Source: Candidatus Iainarchaeum sp.
Lineage (GTDB): Archaea; Iainarchaeota; Iainarchaeia; Iainarchaeales; UBA10219
Direction: 5' to 3'
Length of the DNA stretch: 64,000 nt
Assembly (NCBI GenBank): GCA_018304425.1
Contig: JAGVWE010000003.1
Coordinates: forward strand, 27,163 to 91,162
Below, piece after piece: positions 19,152-28,530 of this stretch. The position numbers and the translations under genes were made by a program. Below the pieces are notes generated by a model, which searched no databases, had not been told where the DNA came from, and saw nothing but the letters and a program-made list of their open reading frames with translations. The stretch's first letter is position 1, and each line of letters starts with the position of its first letter.

Positions 19152-20732
19152 ATGCAAGCAAATGCCCGCTTTCTCGCCGCCTTCGACTCCAAGGACCTTT
19201 CCACCGAAACCTTTGACCTCGTCATCGTCGGCACGGGCCTCGCCGGGCTTGCCACCGCTTATTACGCCCAGAAAGCCGGCAAAGACAAGAGCATTCTCCT
19301 GATTTCCAAGGCCAGGCAGAGCCAGATCAACTCCACCATGGCCCAGGGAGGCATCTGCTGCGCGCTGGGAAAGAATGACTCCTGGCGCGAGCACGCGAAA
19401 GACACCCTGGCCGCGGGCCGCGGCCTCTGCAACGAGAAGGCAGCCAAGACCTTGGCTAGGGAAGGCGTGGAACGCATCCGGGAACTGATGAACTTGGGCA
19501 TCCAGTTCGACGCGGGCGACACGAGCCTGCAGTTGGGGCTTGAAGGCGGGCACTCCAAGCGGAGAATCCTCCACATCAACGGCGACCGCACCGGCCTCGG
19601 GTTGAGCCAGTTTTACTTGGGCCTGGTGCGGGAGAGCCGCAACTGTTTCAGGTTGCCGGGAACCCAGGCCATTGACGTCCTGGCAAAGAACGGCCGCTAC
19701 ACCGGGCTGCTCGTGGAAACCGAGGGCGGGTTCAAGGTCTTGAAGTCAAGCGCGCTCGTCTTCGCTTCCGGCGGCTATTCCTCGCTGTACGCGCACACCA
19801 CCAACCCAGTGGAAACCATTGGAGAGGGCGCCAGCATCTGCTACCGCGCGGGGCTTCCCCTGATGGACCTGGAGTTCGAGCAATTCCATCCCACCACGCT
19901 GTCCGTGGAAGGGGCCGGCAACTTTCTCATCAGCGAGGCCGTGCGGGGCGAGGGCGCCCTGCTCGTGAACGACTCGGGCAAGCGTTTCATGGCGCACGAA
20001 CCCTTGAAGGAACTGGCTCCACGCGACGTGGTCAGCCGCGCGGTTTACGCGCAATTGCAGGCAGGCCGAAAGGTGTTCCTGGACGCGCGGCACCTCGGCG
20101 CCCGGTACGCGGCCCAACGCTTTCCCTTCATCTCCGAGCGGCTCCGGGAATTCGGGTTGAGCCTGGCCAGGGACTTGATTCCCATCGAGCCCGCGGCCCA
20201 CTTTTCTTGTGGCGGCATCCAAACGGATTTGCAGGCACGCACCCCCTTGAAGGGCGTGCTGGCGGTGGGCGAGGCGGCCTGCAATGGCTTGCATGGCGCG
20301 AACCGGCTGGCCAGCAACTCGCTGCTCGAAGCCATCGTCTTCGGTTACCGGGCGGCGGAGTCCGCGCTCAAGGAGAAGCCGAAGGCATCGGAACGGTTTG
20401 AGGTAAGGGCGTCGGATGGCAAAGGCAAGGCAGACTATGGCAGGCTCACGCAGGCGCTGCGGCAGCGGATGTGGGAAAAGGCCGGGATTATGCGCGAGGA
20501 AAGGGGCTTGAAGGAGCTGCAGGCATGGGTGCAGGCGGAGTGGAACGCGCTGGCGTGCGGGAAAACCCATGAATTTTTTTCGACCGCCAACCTACTGCAG
20601 CTTTCTGCGTTGATTACCGAGAGTGCCCTTGCACGAAAGGAGTCCAGGGGCGGCCATTACCGCCTGGATTACCCAGAGCCGAGAAAGGAATTAAAAAGGC
20701 ACTCCACCCTTAATAGGTATGGAAGCCAGTAA
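19152..20732 (+). CDS. nadB: L-aspartate oxidase NadB
   Basis: FAD-binding N-terminus (DLVIVGTGLAGL) of the succinate DH/fumarate reductase flavoprotein family; ~526 aa. Confidence 0.88.
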   Translation: MQANARFLAAFDSKDLSTETFDLVIVGTGLAGLATAYYAQKAGKDKSILLISKARQSQINSTMAQGGICCALGKNDSWREHAKDTLAAGRGLCNEKAAKTLAREGVERIRELMNLGIQFDAGDTSLQLGLEGGHSKRRILHINGDRTGLGLSQFYLGLVRESRNCFRLPGTQAIDVLAKNGRYTGLLVETEGGFKVLKSSALVFASGGYSSLYAHTTNPVETIGEGASICYRAGLPLMDLEFEQFHPTTLSVEGAGNFLISEAVRGEGALLVNDSGKRFMAHEPLKELAPRDVVSRAVYAQLQAGRKVFLDARHLGARYAAQRFPFISERLREFGLSLARDLIPIEPAAHFSCGGIQTDLQARTPLKGVLAVGEAACNGLHGANRLASNSLLEAIVFGYRAAESALKEKPKASERFEVRASDGKGKADYGRLTQALRQRMWEKAGIMREERGLKELQAWVQAEWNALACGKTHEFFSTANLLQLSALITESALARKESRGGHYRLDYPEPRKELKRHSTLNRYGSQ

Positions 20733-21780
20733 ACCCCCGTCCCGCCGCATTTTAATGGGAGAGGCGGCCTTGGCGAAAAGGCCGTTTTCCTCCGCCGAAA
20801 TCGAGGCCGAAGCCCGGCGGTTGCATGCGAAACTCCAAGCCGTTGGTTACCCGGTCGAGCAATGCCGGTTGTACGCGCCGCTCACCCTGGCCATCAACCG
20901 CTTGAAGAAGGAAAAGAATGCGGTAATACTCGCGCACAATTACCAGCGGGCCGAGGTCTTGTTCGGCATCGCGGACTTCATCGGGGATTCATTGGAGCTG
21001 GCGCGGAAGGCACGGGACACCCAGGCCGACATCATCTTGTTCTGTGGCGTCAAGTTCATGGCCGAGACCGCGAAAATCCTGACCCCGGCGAAGAAAGTGC
21101 TGATTCCGGATATGGAAGCGGGCTGCTCGCTGGCGGAAAGCATTTCCGCGGCGGACGTGAAAAAGCTGCGCGCCGCTCACCCGGAGGCCGCGGTGGTAAG
21201 CTACGTGAATACCTACGCGGACGTCAAGGCCGAAAGCGACGTGTGCTGCACGAGCGCGAACGCCTTGAAAATCGTGGAGGCGCTGCCGAACCAGGAAATC
21301 GTTTTCTTGCCCGACAACTACATGGCGCGCAACATCCAGGCGCAGACCCCTTTGGGGAAGAAAATCATGGCCTGGAAGGGCTTGTGCATCGTCCATGAAA
21401 CCTTTCGCGCCGAACAGATTGCCGTTTACCGGAAGACGTATCCCGGCATCCAGATTCTGGCCCACCTGGAGTGCCACCCGGACGTGGTGAAGCTGGCCGA
21501 TTACGTGGGCGGAACCTCGGGGATGGCCAAGTACGTGGCCGAAAGCCAGGCCAAGCAGTTCATGCTGGTCACCGAGTGCGGGATGTCCGATGTCCTGCGG
21601 GTGCAGTTCCCCGGCAAGCAGTTCATCGTGCCCTGCGCCTTGTGCCCGTACATGAAGAAAATCCACCTGGAAAAGGCGCTGGACGTGCTGATACGGGAAG
21701 CGAACGAGATAACGGTGCCGGAACCCGTCCGGGCAAAGGCGGAGCGGGCGCTGCAGAAAATGTTCGAGTTGACGTCCTGA
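20719..21780 (+). CDS. nadA: Quinolinate synthase NadA
   Basis: NadA family with conserved Cys ligands; 14-nt overlap with nadB. Alternative ATG at 20755. Confidence 0.88.
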   Translation: MEASKPPSRRILMGEAALAKRPFSSAEIEAEARRLHAKLQAVGYPVEQCRLYAPLTLAINRLKKEKNAVILAHNYQRAEVLFGIADFIGDSLELARKARDTQADIILFCGVKFMAETAKILTPAKKVLIPDMEAGCSLAESISAADVKKLRAAHPEAAVVSYVNTYADVKAESDVCCTSANALKIVEALPNQEIVFLPDNYMARNIQAQTPLGKKIMAWKGLCIVHETFRAEQIAVYRKTYPGIQILAHLECHPDVVKLADYVGGTSGMAKYVAESQAKQFMLVTECGMSDVLRVQFPGKQFIVPCALCPYMKKIHLEKALDVLIREANEITVPEPVRAKAERALQKMFELTS

Positions 21781-21783
21781 GGG

Positions 21784-22335
21784 CTAGTCGATTAAAAAAA
21801 CCCGCCGCACGATGTGACTCACCACCGCCCGCAGCGGCAATTTTCTTTGGGTTGCAATTTGGAGAATGATTTGGTTGGTGATTTGGGCCACTTTTCGCCC
21901 CAGGTTGCCAACATCCCCAAACGAGCCTATTTCCGCAAGGCTCTTCAATGGCACTTCATGGTCCCACCATTGCTGCACCCGTTCCGCTTGGCCGGGTTGC
22001 TTGAGGAACCGCTCGATTTCCGCTGAGGTCAGGGCAAGGCCGGTTTTTTGCCGAACCCTTTCCTGTTCTTCGGCCAGGGCCAGGCCCAGTTGATAGCCTG
22101 GCTCCCGTGACCGGAAACCATGGCCGGCGTTCAGCGTATTCGGGTAGTGGACCAGCCATTCCCTTGCCTGCTTGAGAACGCGCAGGCGATGCAGGCGGGC
22201 CAGGGTCACCTTGAGACGCGCCCGCACCTTGGGATCGGCCAAGGACCGACTGGCAGCCTTGCGCTCTTTTCTCTGCAGTCTTTTCTCTAACGTGTCAAGG
22301 CGCTGGGGGTCGAGGCCATATTTCCGCGCAACCAT
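21784..22335 (-). CDS. Hypothetical protein (183 aa)
   Basis: Real 3' part of the 560-aa track ORF; the upstream remainder is antisense to the M24 peptidase gene. ATG at 22335 with GTTTAAAAGG ~25 nt upstream on the minus strand. Stop is 3 nt from the nadA stop (convergent). Confidence 0.45.
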   Translation of the reverse strand: MVARKYGLDPQRLDTLEKRLQRKERKAASRSLADPKVRARLKVTLARLHRLRVLKQAREWLVHYPNTLNAGHGFRSREPGYQLGLALAEEQERVRQKTGLALTSAEIERFLKQPGQAERVQQWWDHEVPLKSLAEIGSFGDVGNLGRKVAQITNQIILQIATQRKLPLRAVVSHIVRRVFLID

Positions 22336-22398
22336 ACGCTCATACGCCGCGGAAACCCTTTTAAACCCCTTAAACCATTGTCTACCAGGGTCTGTGAC

Positions 22399-23481
22399 AT
22401 GAAGGAAAAGGCGCGCCAGTTGTTCGACCATGTGAACGTCGATGCCGTGGTGCTGGAGAACTGTGAGGAAGTCAAAGAATTGAACCTCTACTATTTCACG
22501 GGCCTGCCGAAGAAGATTACCGGCAGCCAGTTCCTCGTGCTGACGCGGGACAAGACCACGCTCTACGCCACCGTCCTCGAGTACGGGGCCATCGAGAAAG
22601 AGTTGAAGCAGAAATTCGTTGACCTGCGGCTGTTCAAAAGCGAAAAGGACTTGCTGGCATCGCTGGCCCAGGAATTCCATGCCGCGGAAGTGCTGGGCGT
22701 CAACTACTCGGTGCTGAGCAAGAAGTCCTACGACAAGCTGGCCAACGCGTTCCCAGGCAAGATCCTGGTCGACGTGTCGGGAACCCTCAACCGGGTGCGG
22801 GAAAAGAAGACCGAAGCCGAAATCGCGTGCATCAAAAAAGCCTGCAAGGCCAGCGAAGACCTCCTCAAAGAAATTCCCTCCCTGGCACGACCCGGCAAAA
22901 CCGAGTTGGACGTGCAGAAGGCCATGGACGCCTGGATGCGCGAGCGGGACTGCGTTCCCGCGTTCGAAACCATTGTGGCAAGCGGCGCGAACGCGAGCAT
23001 CCCCCACCACGTGGCGGGAAACACCAGGCTCCGCAAGGGCGATTTGCTCCTCCTCGACTTCGGTGCCGAGTACGCGAACTACGCTTCGGACCTCACGCGC
23101 ATGTTCGTCCTGGGCAAGGCCACCAAACGGCAGAAAGAGCTGTACAAGCTCGTGTTCGAGGCCAAGGAGCGCTCCCATGCCCAGGCGTTTCCCGGCAACC
23201 CGGCCAAGAACGTGTTCCTGGCCAGCGAAAACCACTTGAAGGCCCACGGCTTTTCCATGATTCACTCGATTGGCCACGGCCTCGGCTTGCGCGTGCACGA
23301 CTTCCCGCCCAGGATGGGCCTTGACGCGGAGTGGAAGCTCGAAGCCGGCATGGTGGTAACGATTGAACCCGGGGTTTACGACAAAGGCTTTGGCGGCATC
23401 CGCATCGAGGACGACGTGCTCGTCACGGAAAAGGGGCACACGCGGTTGACCAAGGCACCTAGGCAATTGACGGAACTGTAG
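22399..23481 (+). CDS. M24-family Xaa-Pro aminopeptidase/dipeptidase
   Basis: Pita-bread fold motifs (HHVAGN, HSIGHGLGLRVHD, GGIRIEDDVLVT). Confidence 0.85.
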   Translation: MKEKARQLFDHVNVDAVVLENCEEVKELNLYYFTGLPKKITGSQFLVLTRDKTTLYATVLEYGAIEKELKQKFVDLRLFKSEKDLLASLAQEFHAAEVLGVNYSVLSKKSYDKLANAFPGKILVDVSGTLNRVREKKTEAEIACIKKACKASEDLLKEIPSLARPGKTELDVQKAMDAWMRERDCVPAFETIVASGANASIPHHVAGNTRLRKGDLLLLDFGAEYANYASDLTRMFVLGKATKRQKELYKLVFEAKERSHAQAFPGNPAKNVFLASENHLKAHGFSMIHSIGHGLGLRVHDFPPRMGLDAEWKLEAGMVVTIEPGVYDKGFGGIRIEDDVLVTEKGHTRLTKAPRQLTEL

Positions 23482-23856
23482 TCAGGGCCCCGCGTATTTG
23501 GCCAGCAGGGCCTTCAACTCAGGCAAGTCAAAGGGCTTCATGATGTAGCCGTCCGCGCCCGACTTCTTGCATACTTCCTTGATGTTGACGTAGGCCGAGA
23601 AGAGGATGACGGGCAGGGCCTTCGTTTCCGGGCTGGACCGGAGTTCTTGGACGAGTTTCGGCACGTCCAGGTTGGGCATGACGACGTCCTGCAACAGCAG
23701 GGCCGGCTTGTTCTTCCGGACGGTTTCCACGATTTTCTTGGCGTCGTCCACGGTGACGGACGGGTAACCGAAGACCTGCAGCAACTGTTTGGCGGTTTCC
23801 AGGATGTCGGGCTCGTCGTCCGCAATCATCACGAGTTTCTTGGAAGCCATGCTCAT
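23482..23856 (-). CDS. Single-domain CheY-like response regulator
   Basis: Receiver domain (LVMIADDEPDIL...LLQDVVMP...KALPVILFSAY). ATG at 23856 with AAGGAGA upstream. The track ORF extends to 23958. Confidence 0.8.
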   Translation of the reverse strand: MSMASKKLVMIADDEPDILETAKQLLQVFGYPSVTVDDAKKIVETVRKNKPALLLQDVVMPNLDVPKLVQELRSSPETKALPVILFSAYVNIKEVCKKSGADGYIMKPFDLPELKALLAKYAGP

Positions 23857-23893
23857 TCTCCTTTCGTTCAATGAAAGACCGATGTCCTTAAAT

Positions 23894-25192
23894 TCAGCCA
23901 TCCTGCCGGAACGGCAAGGCAAAGGAAAAAGTGGTTCCCTCGCCCAGGACGCTCTCACACCAGATCCGGCCCTTGTGGGCCTCCAGGATGCCCTTCGAGA
24001 TGACCAGGCCTAGGCCGGAGCCCTTGACGTTCACGCTGGAAGTGGAACTGGCCTGGAAGAAGGGCGTGAACAGCTTGCGCTGGTCTTCCACGGAAATGCC
24101 AGGCCCGTGGTCGGAGACGCTGACCCGGACTTCGCCTTCCCGCTTCTCCAGGGAAACCAGAATCTCCGTGTCCCTGGCTGAGAACTTGATGGCGTTGTCC
24201 ACCAGGTTGGTCAGCACCTGCGTGATCCGGTCGGGGTCGAAGAAGAAGTCCGGGCAGTCCCCTGCTTTCACCCTGATTTTCACGTTCTTGACCGAGGCAA
24301 TGGGTTGCTCGATTTCCACCACGTAGTCGATGGCTTTCTTGAGGCTGGCCTTGACCGGGAGGGCGCTCATCTTGCCCGCGCTGATCTTGCTGACGTCCAT
24401 GATGCCGGCAATGAGTTTCTCGAGGCGCAGCAGGTTGCGCAGCACCATCTCCAGGCTGCCCTTCTGGTTCTCCGAGACGCTGCCCAGGTAACCGCTCATG
24501 AACATCTGGAGCTGCGCTTTCATGGGCGTCAAGGGCGTGCGCAGCTCGTGGGAGGTTACGCTCAAGAACAAGTCCTTGGCCTTGTCCAGGGCCTTCAACT
24601 CGGCCTGCTGCTTGAACAAAAAGCCGGCCAGGTAGTAGACGGCGAAGGCAATCAGGTAATTGAACAATAGCGTGGAAAACAGGTGGGTCAAGACGTACAC
24701 GGGGTTGTACACCAGCTGGGTTTCGACGACGAAGCCCTCGGCCGGCAACAGCTTCGTGTACTCCAAGGCAACCGCGAACAACAGGAAGGCGTTGGCCAGG
24801 CTCGCCGTGACCAGGGCACGGTTGCCACCCAGGGAAATGCCTTCCACGACGATCAAGAAGAGGTAGAGCCACAGGAACGGGCTGTTGAGGCCCCCACTCA
24901 AGTGGATGCCGCCCGTGGCCAGGATGAGCATGCTCACGCTCTGGATGTTGATGGCATACGACAGGTGCTTGCGGGGCTTGTAGAACTGCAGGTAATTGAG
25001 GCAGGCGATGCCCACCGCGGCCAGGTCCAGCAGCAACACCAGGATGAGGGAGTGCTTCTTGCTCACCACCCAGAGGAAAAACACCACCAGGGCAATGAAA
25101 GCCCCCAGCACCCAGACAAAGGTGAGGTTGTTCCGCAGGGCGCTGGCCAGCCGCTGCTGCTGTTCTGCCTCCGTTTCCTGCTCGCCGGGCAT
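23894..25192 (-). CDS. Membrane-bound sensor histidine kinase
   Basis: About 6 N-terminal TM helices, HisKA H-box (SHELRTPL) and HATPase_c (DHGPGI...GSGLGL). Confidence 0.85.
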   Translation of the reverse strand: MPGEQETEAEQQQRLASALRNNLTFVWVLGAFIALVVFFLWVVSKKHSLILVLLLDLAAVGIACLNYLQFYKPRKHLSYAINIQSVSMLILATGGIHLSGGLNSPFLWLYLFLIVVEGISLGGNRALVTASLANAFLLFAVALEYTKLLPAEGFVVETQLVYNPVYVLTHLFSTLLFNYLIAFAVYYLAGFLFKQQAELKALDKAKDLFLSVTSHELRTPLTPMKAQLQMFMSGYLGSVSENQKGSLEMVLRNLLRLEKLIAGIMDVSKISAGKMSALPVKASLKKAIDYVVEIEQPIASVKNVKIRVKAGDCPDFFFDPDRITQVLTNLVDNAIKFSARDTEILVSLEKREGEVRVSVSDHGPGISVEDQRKLFTPFFQASSTSSVNVKGSGLGLVISKGILEAHKGRIWCESVLGEGTTFSFALPFRQDG

Positions 25193-25215
25193 GCGTAGGA
25201 TTAACGGAAAACCCG

Positions 25216-25223
25216 TATATATA
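25216..25223. promoter_or_regulatory. TATATATA box shared by the divergent HK and nucS genes
   Basis: ~24 nt from the HK ATG (minus) and ~23-29 nt from the nucS ATG (plus). Confidence 0.4.
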
Positions 25224-25245
25224 CTTAAGCCTTTTTGCGGCAGGA

Positions 25246-26040
25246 ATGGGTATGGACCTGGTTCACGCGCGCAAGCTGGTGGCCGAAGCCATCCAGAACC
25301 AGGAAATGCTGATGGTCATCGGCGACTGTTACGTGGAGTACTGGGGGCGCGCGGCCTCCAAGCTGCCGCGGGGGAAAAGGCTGTGCCTCATCAAGGGGGA
25401 TGGCTCGTTCGGCATCCACCAGAACAAGAAGCTGCGGCCCGTCAACTACATGATGGGCGCGGCCATTGCCTCGGAAGTCAAGGACGGCTGCCTGCTCCTG
25501 AGCGCGAAAAAGGCCAAGCCCAAAGAAGAAATAAGGGTCCACTTTTACGCCGTGGACGGCGTGCACCGCTATGCCATGGACGACCGGGAAGACGTGCGGC
25601 TGTTCGGGAGCGAGCGGGAGCTGAGCGGCCAGCTGATGACGGACCTGAGCTTCATCGAGCCCGGCCTGACCCCGATGAAATCAGAGGCGCCCTTCCGCAA
25701 GGGCACGGTGGACATCCTGGCCGAGGACGGGAGGGGAAGACTCGTCGTCATCGAAGTCAAGCGCCGCAAGGCCGAGTTCGACGCCGTGACGCAGCTGGAA
25801 CGGTACATGAAGCAGGTGCGCAAGCTGAAGGGCCGCGAGACCAGGGGTTTGCTTATCGCACCCGAAATCAGCCCCCACGCCCTGGAGTTGCTGGAACAAT
25901 CGGGCCTCGAGTTCTACCAGTTCGACTACGAGGTGGGCAACCCCCGAGCCACCATCAAGGGCGTGCGGAAAAAGCAGCCCACCCTGAGCGAGTACCTGGG
26001 CACGCCAAGCGCACCGCTCCTCTCCCGGGGCAAGGATTAA
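25246..26040 (+). CDS. nucS: Endonuclease NucS (EndoMS, mismatch-specific RecB-like nuclease)
   Basis: NucS N-terminal domain plus a RecB-like D..E.K core (VDILAEDGRGRLVVIEVKRRKA). Confidence 0.82.
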   Translation: MGMDLVHARKLVAEAIQNQEMLMVIGDCYVEYWGRAASKLPRGKRLCLIKGDGSFGIHQNKKLRPVNYMMGAAIASEVKDGCLLLSAKKAKPKEEIRVHFYAVDGVHRYAMDDREDVRLFGSERELSGQLMTDLSFIEPGLTPMKSEAPFRKGTVDILAEDGRGRLVVIEVKRRKAEFDAVTQLERYMKQVRKLKGRETRGLLIAPEISPHALELLEQSGLEFYQFDYEVGNPRATIKGVRKKQPTLSEYLGTPSAPLLSRGKD

Positions 26041-26061
26041 ATTAGGGTGGGCGGTAAATGG

Positions 26062-26958
26062 ATGGGGAGCCTTCGCATGTACCCTGCCAGACCCGTCTTG
26101 AAGCCCAACCTCGTGCAGGTCGAGGGCATTGACTTCTGCAACGCCAAGTGCGGCATGTGCCCGGTGCCGGTGTTGAAGCGCGCCAAGGCCCTCATGAAGA
26201 TGGACTTGTTCCGAAAAATCATCCAGGACTGCGTGGAAGTGAAGCCCCTGCAGGTGATGCCGTTCCTCAACGGGGAGCCGTTCCTCGACCCCCTTATCTT
26301 CGAGCGGATTGCCTGCATCAACGAGTTGCTTCCCAACACGTTGGTCAAACTGATTTCGAACGCGGAATTGCTGGACGAACGCAAGCTGGACAAGCTCCTG
26401 GCCCTCAAGGTCGGCATGGTCTCCTTCAGCGTCAACGCGTACTCGGCCAAGGCCCACCGGGAAGTCATGGGCCTCGACCACGGGAAGGTCATGGCCAACA
26501 TCGACCGCTTCATCGAGAAGAGCCAGGGAAGAATCCCTTACAAGGTCACCTTTGTCTCGCAAAAAGAGAACCTGTTCGAGGAACAGGCCTTCAAGGACTA
26601 CTGGCACCAGCGGGGCGTGCGGGCCACGGCCCTGCGCCTCCAGGACTTCGGCGGCCACGTGGACCTGGGAAAAAAGGATTCCCTGCAGGGAAGAATTAGG
26701 AGACTCTTCTCCGCCTTGCAGGGCCAGTCCAACACGCATGCCTGTGGCAAGCTCTTCAACCACCTCACGGTGATGGCCGACGGGAGGGTGAACCTCTGCT
26801 GCTTTGACGCGGAAGGACAGGTTATCGTGGGCGATTTGAACGAACAGTCCGTCATGGAGGTCTGGAACGGCGAAAAACTCGACGGAATCCGGCGCATGCA
26901 CTTGGCGGGGAAAAGGCCGGAACTGCCCCTGTGCGGCACCTGCACGGCCATGTATTGA
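26062..26958 (+). CDS. Radical SAM protein with C-terminal SPASM domain
   Basis: CNAKCGMC (CxxxCxxC) plus a C-terminal Cys cluster (CCFDAEG...CGTC). Alternative starts at 26047 (GTG) and 26077. Confidence 0.75.
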   Translation: MGSLRMYPARPVLKPNLVQVEGIDFCNAKCGMCPVPVLKRAKALMKMDLFRKIIQDCVEVKPLQVMPFLNGEPFLDPLIFERIACINELLPNTLVKLISNAELLDERKLDKLLALKVGMVSFSVNAYSAKAHREVMGLDHGKVMANIDRFIEKSQGRIPYKVTFVSQKENLFEEQAFKDYWHQRGVRATALRLQDFGGHVDLGKKDSLQGRIRRLFSALQGQSNTHACGKLFNHLTVMADGRVNLCCFDAEGQVIVGDLNEQSVMEVWNGEKLDGIRRMHLAGKRPELPLCGTCTAMY

Positions 26959-26972
26959 GCAGAGCCACCCGG

Positions 26973-28400
26973 TTAAGCGGGAGTGCGTGCTCTTGAAAAG
27001 AACAGGCAGCAGGCGAGGTTGGCGGTCACGATGAACAGGGCCGCGCCCACGATGAGCACGGGGCTATCGACCAGGTTGCCGTAGACGAAGGCCGGGAGTC
27101 CGAAGAGCAGCGAGCAGCCCACGCCCCACAAGGCGCCCTTGGCCGTCAGCTTGTCCCAGTAGAGGCTGAGGATGGTGGGCACGATCATCGAGGAGGCCAC
27201 GGCCCCGAAAATCCAGAACAATTGCTTCAAGCCGAAGCCCGGCAGCCAGGCCGCGGCCAGGGCGACGAGGAAGCCCGCGGCAAGGATGAGGAGCATCCCC
27301 ACCTTGGGGTGGCGGAGGTCGTGGGAGACCACGTATTTTTTGGCGTCCACCGCGTACAGCGAGGAGAACGCGTTGAGCGCCGAGTCCATGGTCGAGGCCA
27401 GGCCGGCCAGCAACATCAGGAGGAAAGCAAGAAGGAAGCCGCTGGGCAGCAAGTGTGCGACCGCGAGGACGCCAATCAGGGAGGCGTCCGTGCCCTCTGG
27501 CAACGCGATTCCTGAGCCCGGCGCGGCCGCGAGGAATCCGAGCACGGACAAGGCGATGGGCACGATTCCGAACAAAAGCGCGCCCCCCATGAAACCTGGT
27601 ACCACGGACTTTTTCTCGAACGCGAACACCCGCTGCCAGAACTGCTGGTCGGATAGGGAGCCCGCGATGAGGCCAATGGAGGTCACCAGGCCGAAGGAAA
27701 AGGCGACGCCGGGGTCGAAGAGGTCGGAGTGTTTTCCCGTCACGCCGCCCAGGCCAGCCCAAACGGCTTCAAACCCGCCCCCTGCGGAGAGGGCTGAGGG
27801 AACTACGATGGCGATGCCCACGAAGATGACGGCCAACTGCACGACGTCCGTAACGATGGAGGACCGCAGGCCCGAGAGCCAGGAATAGGCGAGGACAATC
27901 GCGGCCAAGGCCAGCATGGCGGGCAGGAGCGGGATGCCTGTGAGCAATTGCACGAGGTTGCCGCCCGCGAACAATTGCACGGAGACGGCCATCAATTGGT
28001 AGAAGCTTTGGCCGAAAAAGTAGACCTTGCGCAGCCGCTGGTCGCCCAGCTTTTGGCCGATGAATTCTGCGAAGGTGTGGCCCTGTTGGAATTGTGCGCG
28101 GATTTTCGGCGCCAGCAGGATGAAGATGGCCACGGCGACGATGTTGGGCGCCGTGAACCAGAAGATGCCGGGCAGGCCAAGTTGGTAAGCCATCTGCGAG
28201 GAGAGGAAGAGCGCCGGGGCCCAAATCCAGGAGGCCGCAATGCTCGCGGCGCCCATCCACCAGGGAACGTTTCTTCCAGCCATCAGGAAGTCCTCAGTGG
28301 ACAGGCGCTCGTGCCGGGTGAAGAACCAGGTGATGAGCAGCATGGCGAGTCCGAAGACTGCCAAAACCAACCAACCATCGAACGCGGAAATGAAAGCCAT
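26973..28400 (-). CDS. Sodium:solute symporter family transporter
   Basis: Multi-TM SSF-like protein. ATG at 28400 (MAFISAFDGW); the upstream part of the track ORF lacks TM character. Confidence 0.75.
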   Translation of the reverse strand: MAFISAFDGWLVLAVFGLAMLLITWFFTRHERLSTEDFLMAGRNVPWWMGAASIAASWIWAPALFLSSQMAYQLGLPGIFWFTAPNIVAVAIFILLAPKIRAQFQQGHTFAEFIGQKLGDQRLRKVYFFGQSFYQLMAVSVQLFAGGNLVQLLTGIPLLPAMLALAAIVLAYSWLSGLRSSIVTDVVQLAVIFVGIAIVVPSALSAGGGFEAVWAGLGGVTGKHSDLFDPGVAFSFGLVTSIGLIAGSLSDQQFWQRVFAFEKKSVVPGFMGGALLFGIVPIALSVLGFLAAAPGSGIALPEGTDASLIGVLAVAHLLPSGFLLAFLLMLLAGLASTMDSALNAFSSLYAVDAKKYVVSHDLRHPKVGMLLILAAGFLVALAAAWLPGFGLKQLFWIFGAVASSMIVPTILSLYWDKLTAKGALWGVGCSLLFGLPAFVYGNLVDSPVLIVGAALFIVTANLACCLFFSRARTPA

Positions 28401-28472
28401 CTTTTGCAACCCCCTCACGGAGTAAAGTGAATCCTTAAATACTTGCAGCGGCCCCCTTAAAGTAAATATGTG

Positions 28473-28486
28473 GTGGCAATTGCCAC
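28473..28486. promoter_or_regulatory. Perfect 14-bp palindrome GTGGCAATTGCCAC between divergent transporter and TrmB-like genes
   Basis: Sits ~16 bp upstream of TTATATAG, the TATA of the TrmB-like gene; candidate operator. Confidence 0.4.
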
Positions 28487-28530
28487 CAAAAATAGATAGC
28501 GTTATATAGGGGTTTGAAGCCAATATACGC

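Noticed and set aside
22336-23466. Upstream ~380 aa of the 560-aa minus-strand track ORF
   Set aside because: Antisense to the clearly real M24 peptidase gene. Only the 3' 183 codons (21784..22335) have an independent start, promoter and non-overlapping position.
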